A DNA stretch of 24,859 bases from a virus (taxonomy: Duplodnaviria; Caudoviricetes): positions 1 through 24,859 of IMG/VR virus record IMGVR_UViG_3300031588_000015, one strand, 5' to 3'. Both the position numbers and the translations under genes were made by a program. Positions 6,402 to 15,500 of this stretch are shown piece by piece. A model generated the notes under the pieces. It did not search any database. It was not told where the DNA came from and saw only the letters and a program-made list of their open reading frames with translations. Within the stretch, counting starts at the first letter, position 1; the number at the start of each line of letters is the position of its first letter.

Positions 6402-7101
6402 TACTCCGGCCTATTATGCTGTTATACCTGCAAGCGTCAGGTATGACAGTAGGCTAAAGCCAAACGCTAAGTTACTGTATGGCGAGATTACTGCATTGTG
6501 CAATAAAGAAGGATATTGTTGGGCGCAAAACAAATACTTTTCTGATTTGTACAGTGTTACCAAGACAACCGTTAGTGATTGGGTTAAAAATCTTAAGGAC
6601 TGCGGATACATTGAGGTACAGATTATTTACAGGGAAGGTAGTAAAGAAATTCTTAATAGGTATATAAGATTATCCGAAGGGGCTACCCAAGAAAATCAGA
6701 ATACCCCTCCCCAGAAAATTCAGAAAGATAATACTACAAATTCTAATACTACAATTAGTACTACATTGAATATAGATCATTTCGATGGGTTTTGGTCTGT
6801 TTATCCAAGGAAGGTAGGTAAGTCTGAGGCTAGGAAGATGTGGGCTAAGAAAGTGAAAAGCGAGGATACTGTTAAAGCTATAGCAACAAATATAGAGCAG
6901 AGAGTCTTGCAAGGCGAATGGTCTGATGTTAAATTTATTCCTTATCCTGCTACTTATCTTGGGCAGGAGCGTTGGGAAGACGAGTTAGCTGTAGCAAGTC
7001 AAGCTAGGCAACCTCAAAAACCAAGAGGCGAGAGGTCTATTAGAGACACCCCCATTTCAGAACAATTGACCGACAGATCATGGGCTGAAGGATACGAATA
7101 A
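6394..7101 (+). CDS. Phage replication initiator (lambda O-like; N-terminal HTH_36)
   Basis: YYAVIPASVRYD..L...AKLLYGEITALCNKEGYCWA.N.YF and C-terminal FDGFWSVYPRKVGK...FIPYPATYL.QERWEDE; low-complexity central linker. Confidence 0.85.
   Translation: MPDTPAYYAVIPASVRYDSRLKPNAKLLYGEITALCNKEGYCWAQNKYFSDLYSVTKTTVSDWVKNLKDCGYIEVQIIYREGSKEILNRYIRLSEGATQENQNTPPQKIQKDNTTNSNTTISTTLNIDHFDGFWSVYPRKVGKSEARKMWAKKVKSEDTVKAIATNIEQRVLQGEWSDVKFIPYPATYLGQERWEDELAVASQARQPQKPRGERSIRDTPISEQLTDRSWAEGYE
6686..6770. repeat. Putative replication origin (iteron-like and AT-rich repeats) inside the initiator gene
   Basis: CCCAAGAAAATCAGAA and CCCAGAAAATTCAGAA, then TAATACTACA (6729, 6744) and TAGTACTACA (6756). Confidence 0.6.
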
Positions 7102-7111
7102 AGGTAATGAT

Positions 7112-7399
7112 ATGGAAAATATTAAAAAAATAATAAACGTGCCGGATAAACGTGCAGTTCTTTGGATGTATGATGGTGATAATCCACGATTGGAACGTGG
7201 GGTTAAATATAGCAGGACTGACATAGCAAAAGCATTTTCCAGATCTCTACCTTTTGTTAGCGAAAGGTTAAAGGGTAAAAAGATTTGCCAAGATATTGAC
7301 TTAATAATTCATAAAAAGAAAAAAAGTGAAGTGGAACAAAAAAGCAAAACATTTAACTCAGATTTATCACAACACTGGTTAAGGAAAAAATTGCGATGA
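7112..7399 (+). CDS. Hypothetical basic protein (95 aa), possibly DNA-binding
   Basis: AAGG SD; YSRTDIAKAFSRSLPFVSERLKG is HTH-like. Confidence 0.7.
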   Translation: MENIKKIINVPDKRAVLWMYDGDNPRLERGVKYSRTDIAKAFSRSLPFVSERLKGKKICQDIDLIIHKKKKSEVEQKSKTFNSDLSQHWLRKKLR

Positions 7400-7866
7400 A
7401 ATACGGCACTGAGGGGGATTATTACTATTTCAAAGATAAACGCGAACTTGAAAAAAAATTACCTTTTATAATCAAGCGGTTAGAGAAATGGGATTATAAT
7501 GACCACCCTGCGGCCGTTAGAATTGAACGATACGTTAACCCTGCCAGTAGATCTCAAGAAAATCTTTTCCATGCGTGGGTGCGAATACTTGCAGAAAAAT
7601 GGTGTGCGGCTGAAAAGAAAAAAGCAACTAAAGATGAATTTGAATTTACTAAAATTTTTTTAAAAAATAAGTTTCTTGGCGTAGCTAATTATTCATTTAG
7701 AGATACGTCTTTTAAAGGACAAGTCAAAAGCATTACTAAGCTAAGTAAAGGTGAAATGTGTTTTTTTATGGATCAAATATATAACCTTGCTTCAGAGAAA
7801 AATATACACCTGCCTATTCCGGATGACAGTGAGTACTTAGCGTTGAAGTCTAAACAGGACGAATAA
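7396..7866 (+). CDS. ninB: NinB/Orf-like recombination protein
   Basis: SRSQENLFHAWV..LA and SITKLSKGEMCFFMDQI..LA....I.L patterns; upstream of ninG. Confidence 0.65.
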   Translation: MKYGTEGDYYYFKDKRELEKKLPFIIKRLEKWDYNDHPAAVRIERYVNPASRSQENLFHAWVRILAEKWCAAEKKKATKDEFEFTKIFLKNKFLGVANYSFRDTSFKGQVKSITKLSKGEMCFFMDQIYNLASEKNIHLPIPDDSEYLALKSKQDE

Positions 7867-7943
7867 GCCAATATAAGCCTGTTTCAAGGCGTTTACGAGC
7901 AAATATGATATATCCTACCAGTTATGTTAAAATGAGGTTTAAA

Positions 7944-8354
7944 ATGGCTCAAACGCTAAGAAAAAAATGTTTAATATCTATACAAAAATTAGCAAGAATA
8001 TCTGCGGCTGACGAGTATGGAATGGTGAATTGCGTTTCTTGCGATAAAAGAATGAGTTGGAAAGATTGCGATGGAGGTCATTACATATCAAAAGGTAGTT
8101 CCTCTTATTGGGCATTAGAAATTGAAAACGTCCATCCACAATGTAAAGGATGCAATGCATTTGGAATGAGTAAGGGAAGTGCTGAAGGGCAGTACACGTT
8201 ATGGATGATTGATTGGTACGGTGAGGACTTTGTTAGGCAGATGCATGAAGACAAAAGGAAAATTAAAAAGTTATACACTGCTGATTACAAAGAAATGTTA
8301 GAAGAATTTACTAGGTTAATTAAATACCATGAGGACAGGTTATGCCATATTTAA
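7944..8354 (+). CDS. ninG: NinG/Rap-like recombination endonuclease (start revised from 7905)
   Basis: CVSC...DGGHYISKG...ENVHPQCKGCN zinc/HNH-like motif; GAGG SD precedes ATG 7944. Confidence 0.85.
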   Translation: MAQTLRKKCLISIQKLARISAADEYGMVNCVSCDKRMSWKDCDGGHYISKGSSSYWALEIENVHPQCKGCNAFGMSKGSAEGQYTLWMIDWYGEDFVRQMHEDKRKIKKLYTADYKEMLEEFTRLIKYHEDRLCHI

Positions 8355-8569
8355 GTGAGCTAAGAAAACGCGCACAAGATTGTGGAATTGATGACGTATC
8401 TGACAGGCTAGATTCTATTCTTGAATCAGTAATATATTCTTCTGCTTTGCCTGCTTATGCCAAACATGAAATAGATAATATTTGGGAAGAGGTTGAAGGT
8501 GAAGAGGAAAGATTTAATACGCCACCTGACCATAGTGAGTTGTTAGCACATCACCCTTATATGGCTTAA
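8342..8569 (+). CDS. Hypothetical acidic protein (75 aa)
   Basis: GAGGA SD; overlaps the end of ninG. Confidence 0.7.
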   Translation: MPYLSELRKRAQDCGIDDVSDRLDSILESVIYSSALPAYAKHEIDNIWEEVEGEEERFNTPPDHSELLAHHPYMA

Positions 8570-8571
8570 TA

Positions 8572-8580
8572 TGTTATAAT
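8572..8580 (+). promoter_or_regulatory. Consensus extended -10 promoter (TGTTATAAT)
   Basis: Perfect TGnTATAAT 38 nt upstream of ATG 8619. Confidence 0.55.
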
Positions 8581-8618
8581 CGACTTTCAGATTTCAAAAA
8601 TTTTTTATAGGTTTTATA

Positions 8619-8750
8619 ATGCCACAAGTCGGATCAAGACATTATTCTTACACACCAAAAGGGCAAATGGCCGCAAGAAAAGCCGCCAAGAAAACGGGTA
8701 AGAAAATTGTTAATCGGATGCCAAAGAAAAAAAGAAGTATGCTTTCTTAA
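8619..8750 (+). CDS. Small Lys/Arg-rich protein (43 aa), absent from the ORF track
   Basis: MPQVGSRHYSYTPKGQMAARKAAKKTGKKIVNRMPKKKRSMLS; AGG SD; fills an otherwise empty gap; its stop overlaps the holin stop (TTAA). Confidence 0.75.
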   Translation: MPQVGSRHYSYTPKGQMAARKAAKKTGKKIVNRMPKKKRSMLS

Positions 8751-9136
8751 CGGCTAGCAACATTGTTTTTCTTATCAAAACTTCTTAATCCTGCCATGCC
8801 AAGCATTGCCATAAGCACAGTAGACAGCAAACCAGTGTCAATTTCTGGAACTTGAAACCAGATAGCTAAAAAAGGTGCTAAAATAGTAGAGTATCCTAAT
8901 CCAAAACAAGAACACCACCCAACAGCAGGCCGCCATCCGGACACAAAAATAGAAGCGTGGGCCGCCTCTACTTTATTGATATCTAATTGACCCTTGTTTA
9001 ATTCTTGCATGTGTCTAGCCGCAAGAGTAGAAATCTCATGGGCTAGTTCACTTTGCTTGTCTTTGTCTACCACAAATTTTGAAATGATAGCTGACACAGG
9101 GCCAATTAATTGATTTAACATAACATTACTCAGCAT
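8747..9136 (-). CDS. Holin, 3TM (GTA-holin family); true start may be 9121
   Basis: K.EAAHASIFVSGWRPAVGW and LMAMLGMAGLRSFDK signature; hydrophobic segments. Confidence 0.85.
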   Translation of the reverse strand: MLSNVMLNQLIGPVSAIISKFVVDKDKQSELAHEISTLAARHMQELNKGQLDINKVEAAHASIFVSGWRPAVGWCSCFGLGYSTILAPFLAIWFQVPEIDTGLLSTVLMAMLGMAGLRSFDKKNNVASR

Positions 9137-9356
9137 CGTCCTCTACAACTTCAGCTTCTTCTACTGGGTTTTGTGCCGCAAGCAAACGAGTAGCCATCAT
9201 CGAAATGTTATTGTCCATTTTCATCAAGGCAATTTTTAATTGTACTACGCCTGATTGCATTTCTTTTATGTCATCCCAATATACCATTGCTTCTGGGTTT
9301 AAATCTTCACGTTCTAATGTGACTACATCGCCAGTTTCAGGGTTATTAAAATCCAT
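9126..9356 (-). CDS. Hypothetical acidic coiled-coil protein (76 aa)
   Basis: AGGA SD; lies between the tail fibre and the holin. Confidence 0.75.
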   Translation of the reverse strand: MDFNNPETGDVVTLEREDLNPEAMVYWDDIKEMQSGVVQLKIALMKMDNNISMMATRLLAAQNPVEEAEVVEDDAE

Positions 9357-9398
9357 TGTTTTATCCTATAAGTTATTTGAGGTGTAATTATTGCACCT

Positions 9399-9581
9399 TC
9401 AACCATATTTGGCAAACGCAATTGCACCTAATATAAATGGATAAATAGCAAATATCATTCTTTCTAATTTAACGAATCTTATTTTGCTTTCTTCTAACTG
9501 ACGCTGAATATCAGTGTAACGCACGAGACATTCCTTCTCGTGCGCTTCCATCCTGATCATTGTTTCTTTTATAGTAGCCAC
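9399..9581 (-). CDS. Small coiled-coil protein with a C-terminal TM helix (XhlA/holin-accessory-like)
   Basis: GTG start after AGGT; ..EAHEKECLVRY..I coiled coil then hydrophobic MIFAIYPFILGAIAFA. Confidence 0.7.
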   Translation of the reverse strand: MATIKETMIRMEAHEKECLVRYTDIQRQLEESKIRFVKLERMIFAIYPFILGAIAFAKYG

Positions 9582-9594
9582 TAGTTGTAATTAC

Positions 9595-12500
9595 CTACGT
9601 TATTGTTATAAGTTGGGGATTGTTTGAAATATCATCAGCAAAATCTATATTTTTTACTCTCATTCTTAAGAAAATATTGCAAGTTCCGGTACCAGAACTA
9701 GCCAGTCCAGTTGAGGTAATCCTTACAGATGATCTTGGCACTGCTGATGCGGCTCCTATAGCTACGTATTGAATTGGTTCAAATCCTATTATTCTTCTTG
9801 CCCCGTTACTCTGATTAAATGTACTATCCCCAACTTTAAAAGCTTTAGTATTTTTTGTTCCGCCTGATGTTATTGTTTGATATTCTATGTTGAAAAAATC
9901 TCCACTTCCTAGAGTTGGCGCACTTCCACCACCGTCTGGAGAGGAGAATAGATAAGCTTCTTTAACAATGTAAGTAAAGTTACTGTCTGCCGCAATTAAT
10001 TCTTTACCAGTACTATCTATATTTGCAAATACTGATCTAGAAAACTTGAAAGTCATTATTCTTTCGTCTTCACATATTTTACCTCCATTACTAAAGGCTG
10101 TTGTATATTGGGTTGCTTGTGCCGCGTCACCAGAAAGATCATAATCTGTACCACCTCCGTAGTAGCCCATTCTTACATAGCCTATAGGTGTATCTTGCGC
10201 TGAACTTACAAATAAATATTGTTCAGATGTTGCACCTACATTTAACGATCCTCTTACTCTTGCATTCTTTCCTACATCTAATGATGCTTCTGGTTCTCCA
10301 CCAGATATAGCACTAGTTGCAATTCCTAATCTTGCACTACTAGAAGTAAGCTTTAAAGTTCCTCCGTTAGCATCGCCACCGTTTCCAGTAAGATCCATCC
10401 TGCCATTTACAACTATTTTTTTAGAACTACCGCTAGTAGTTTGTTGCATAATGGAATCATCTACTGATGTTGTGCCATTAAACAGCGGTACAAAATCATT
10501 AGTTCCACTTCCTCCAATTCCTCCACCAGTTGAATTAAAAGTGATTGTTTCGTTACTACTTTGATTTAATGTAAATGCGCCTCCACCTGTCATGCCAGTG
10601 CCTGCGGCTAACGTAATAGTGGCGTTGTTAACACTAGGAATAGTAGGAACATTAATAGTTACTGAACTATTACCAGATTGGTTGGCAGTCATACTTCCAC
10701 CACCAGTTGCAGATCCGCTTGTAGATACTGTAAACGTTCCATTGCCAACGCTAGGAATACTTGCTCCAACAATATTTATAGTGGAGTTTCCGCTTTGGTT
10801 AGCCGTAAATGTACCACCGCCAGATGCACTGCCACTTGTAGTAACAGTTAATGTTCCATTGCCTACTGATGGTATTGACGGGAATGTTGCAAGATTTCCT
10901 TGGCCAGTGACATATTGACTAGAACTACCTTGTGGAGTAAGAGATATAGTTCCACTAGAAGTAATAGGAGAGTTTGATTCAGCATATGCATTGCCTCCTA
11001 TAGATACACCGACAGACGTAACACCTTGCTGATCGGTTGGGAAGGTAGTTAAGTTACCTGCACCATTTACATATTGACCAGAATTACCTTGTGGTGCAAT
11101 TGTTACAGTTGTTGAGCCACTTGCGCTAAATGCATTGCCATTAAACGTAACTCCTGTAACTGTACCAGTGTTAGTTGTATAATTTTCTCCATTAGCAAGT
11201 TGATTATTATTCGTTGGTATTGTTGGCTTACCTGTTAAATCATTATATGCACCAGAGAAACTAGACTTGTTATTAAACGTAGTCCAGTCGGTGGAACTTA
11301 AATAACCTGATTGCGAACCTGATGCTACTTGTATTGCTAAAGTAACGTTTCCAGAAGTACCGCCTCCAGTAAGAGGACTAGTAGCACTAACACCAGTTAT
11401 GTCACCTACAGGTACGCTTGCCACTGCAGTATCAACGTAAGATTTAATGGCTCCAGTTGTAGACAGTGTGGTATCGCTTGTTCCTAAACTATCACTTGTA
11501 GAAATAGTAGTAACAATTGCACCTGATCCAAGGTATAACGAATCAGATTCCATTCTACCGTTAACATTTATTCCAAGTGTTGTAGTATTTAAACTTGCTT
11601 GAGAGTTGCCTGATATTTGATGGTATAAAGTAACTGCACCATTTTCTACACATTGAATATAATTATCATTGTCATCACTTTGCAGATTTATATTAGTTCC
11701 GCGTATTAATAAACTACCAGATGCGGTTTCACTAATAATAGTGTTGGACGCTTGGCTATCAATAGTTAATCCGTTGGAAAAAGTAAGCTTGTCACCACTT
11801 GAAACTACAATATCATTTCCGTTAGTGGTATTACCGTTAGAAAGAACATGATCAAGACTGTCATTAAAACTAGATGGGAATGTAGTTAAGTTTCCTGCAC
11901 CGTCAATGTATTGGCTTGAAGTTCCTGCAAAACTATATCCAAGAGTACCACTACCAGTAATTGGACTACCTGTAACTGTTATAGCGTTTCCACCAATAGT
12001 AGAAGAAACAGATGTAACACCTCTAGCACTTGGGAACGTAACAAGATTACCTTCTCCGTTAATATATTGTGAAGGCGCGCCTGCCCAAGTGTATGCTAAT
12101 GTTCCAGTTCCAGTTATTGGTGTTCCGCTAACGTCTAATGCAGTACCTGCTACTGTAGATGCTACTGAAGTAACACCTTGCTGATCAGTTGGGAACGTAA
12201 CTAAGTTACCTGCACCGTTAATATATTGTGAAGCAATACCTTGCGGTGCAATTGTTACCGCCCCAGTGCCAGTAGCTGTATATGCATTACCGTTAACTGT
12301 TACGCCTGTTACTGTTCCTACGTTACTTGTTTTGTTGTTAAAGGTATTCCAATCAGCTGAACTAATATATCCGTCAGCAGAAGTAGTAGCTTTTGTTATT
12401 CCTATACCTACAGATCCACTAGAACCGCCCCCCGTTATAGGAGAAGAAACTGTTACGTCAGTAATATCTCCTACAGGTACGCCTGCCACTGCATTGTCTA

Positions 12501-15500
12501 CATAAACTTTGATAGATTGCTGTGTAGCTAAAGCAGTCGCGCTATTAGATGTCATGGCATCTTCATCAAGAATGTCAGTAATAGCTACCGCACCTGTTCC
12601 CGATAAAGAATCAAACTCAACCAAACCTGATACATTTATTCCAGTTGTTGTAATTTGCCCGCTATTGATAGTTCCGATGTTTGTCAGGTTTCTACTGCCA
12701 TCAATTACCTGTTGGCTTGCTACATAGTAACCGCCAGAACCGCCACTAGCCGCTTTAACAAATCCCATTCCTGCCACGACATTACCAAAAGCAAGCATAC
12801 TGCCAGAGTCTTGGGCGATACTTCCACGCGCATATAAAGCATAGCCAGTTACAGGTGCGCCACCTGCTCCAATTAGCCCTGCTGTAATATTGCCACTAGA
12901 TAAAGTACTTGAGAATGATGCAGTTGTTCCTGACAACCCACCTGTTAGCGTTCCACCACTGAGAGGTAAGTAATCACCAAATGATGCTGTAACTAAGTTA
13001 CCTGCACCATTTATATATTGACTTGCAGTACCTGCAAAACCATATGCAAGAGTACCACTAGACGTTATAGGGCTTCCCGAAACACTTATTGAATTGCCGC
13101 CAAAAGTAGAAGAAACAGAAGTTACACTTCCACCCCCTCCTGCGTTAGCATCTACATACGCTTTAATAGATTGTTGTGTTGCCAAAGCAGTAGGACTGTT
13201 AGATGTCATATTATCTTCATCTAATATGCTACTAACTTGAATTGAAGTACCCAATTGAAAGTCAGTTAAAACCTGAAGCTTAGTAGTGTTCCAGTCTCCA
13301 AAAATATCAAGAGCGTCTACTGCCCTAAAGCGATGTGTTTCGTTACTGTAGTAGTTTGTATCAAAAGTCCCACCACTTAATAATAAAGCAGAGTGACCAT
13401 CAGGTGTATCAAGTATCAGTGAATCTGAATTGTTCAAATCTATTGCTTGCGATCCAGAATTAGCGTTATAAATAATAGGAACATTTTTAATGTTTCTATC
13501 ATCGTCAATTATAATTTTGTTATCGACAGACAAAGCACTGTTTGCAGGAACTGCTTGAACGTTATTGTTCATGATGCTTATAGCGCCTACATTATCAAAC
13601 GCTATTAGTTGTGACCCACTAGTGTTTTCAAATTTAAAGTTTCCATTTGCATCATTTACAAATATTGTGTCGCCTAAACCGCCTCCTGTTTGTTGAAAGT
13701 AAAGTCGTTTAGTACCGTCACTACTATAAAAATTACCATCAGTTTCAAATACAGCACCAGTTGTACCGTGTTTTAACGTTATATTGCCAAGAGCGGGTTC
13801 GCCTGACTTTCGGTCTATTACAATTTTCTCAACACTTGAACTGTTTACAACTTTTAAATCATCAGCTGAACTTAATATTATGTCATTGCCGCCAGTGGTA
13901 TTTCCTACTGCTAATGTAGCAGACAACGATTCTGTAGCAGGTATTTGAGAAGTAACATAGGCTTTAACTGCGGCTCCAGTTACTAGATCTTGCGCGCTAG
14001 TAGTAGCGTCAATAGTGTTAACAATGTCTTGTACTGTATAAGCATTTAATTTAAAAAATTGTTCAACGTCTAATGTATCTCCAGTACTAACAACTAAATT
14101 TGTACCATCGGTTTGATTGCCTGCGACTAAAGTATTTTTTAAGGATTCAGAGGCAGGTATTTGTGAGTCTACATAAGTTTTAATTGCACTTGCAGTTGCT
14201 AATTGACTGTTAGATGGGAAAGTAAAATCCGTTTTAATATCATCAACTTCTTGACCGCCTAACTCAAATTTATCTCCTGACGAAATTATTAAATTTGTAC
14301 CGTCAGTTTCGTTTCCGTTAACCAGAACTTCTTTAAGAGTATCAGATGTACCTACTTGAGCATCAACATAAGTTTTGACAGCAAGTGCTGACGCAAGATT
14401 ATTGTTGGTAGAATTTGTAGGAAATTGAGTACTAGTAAGAACACCAGTGCCATTAACGTTACCATTAAGGATGACACCACTCATAGTCTTGCCTGAGATA
14501 GTTTGCGTTCCTGTCTTGGTAACTACAGTACTATCAATACTAATGTCTAATGTGCCACTTGTAGTAATTGGACTACCAGTTACAGTAATTCCACCACCAC
14601 CAGTTGCGGCTACAGACGTTACAGTACCACCTGCATCAGCAGGGAAAGTAGTAAGATTTCCTGCTCCATCTATGTACTGTGCATTAGTCCCTTCAAATTC
14701 AAATGCTAATGTTCCAGATGTAGTAACTGGGCTACCTGTAATAGCAATAGCATCACCGTCAATAGATGCTCCAATAGAACTAACAGTACCAGTTGAAGCG
14801 GCAGGAAAAGTTATTAAATTACCTTCACCGTTTATATATTGAGTAGATGATCCTGACATGGTAATGTCTAATGTACCGCTAGTAGTAACTGCACTACCTA
14901 CTGCAAACGCATCGCCTGCGTGAGTAATACCTACTGAAGTAACTGTACCTACTCCTCCTGCGGTAGCATCAACATACGTTTTTACGGCTTTTTCTGTAGG
15001 AACAGCTGTATTGCTATCTCCACTTAATGTCCCATCAATACTAAACTCACTAATAGTTGCACCTTGGCTAAAGTTTAAACTGCTAGCAGGTTGACCTATT
15101 TGACTCTTTAAAAAGACAGCACCGAACAAATCAACACCGCCAGAGTCTATGTCTATTCTTGAGTCTGTTCCATGTTTGAGTTTTCCAGTTCCTGCAAATG
15201 TAATAGCATCTCCTGAACTTACAGATATTTCTGTACCCCCAGTAACATTGCCTGCCAATAAAGTGTTTGCTAAAGATTCAGCCGCAGGCACAGCATTATC
15301 TACATAAGTTTTTATGGCTTTTTGTGTGGGAATTATTACATCACTATTACTTGAAAGTGTGCCATCAGTACTGAATAAACTAATGCTTGCACCCATCTTG
15401 ATGCTGTCACCAGTAGTCATTTCAATGTTACTGCCACCAGTAATATTACCTGCTACTAATGTATTAGCTAAAGATTCAGCAGGGGGAACAGAATTATCTA

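Noticed and set aside
2746-6912. Nested ORFs 2746-2940, 2772-3002, 3195-3392, 5232-5531, 6414-6611, 6479-6667 and 6670-6912
   Set aside because: They lie within well-supported genes and look like shadow frames.
7867-7943. Intergenic GCCT/AGGC hairpin and TGTTAAAAT extended -10 before ninG
   Set aside because: The stem is only 4 bp, and the -10 abuts the SD so the transcript would exclude it; likely chance in AT-rich DNA.
9380-9398. Inverted repeat AGGTGTAA-TTA-TTGCACCT as a terminator
   Set aside because: No U-tract on either strand, and the stem is mismatched on the mRNA (minus) strand.
9595-10500. Diversity-generating retroelement target at the fibre tip
   Set aside because: No reverse transcriptase and no adenine-variant template repeat are visible in this window.
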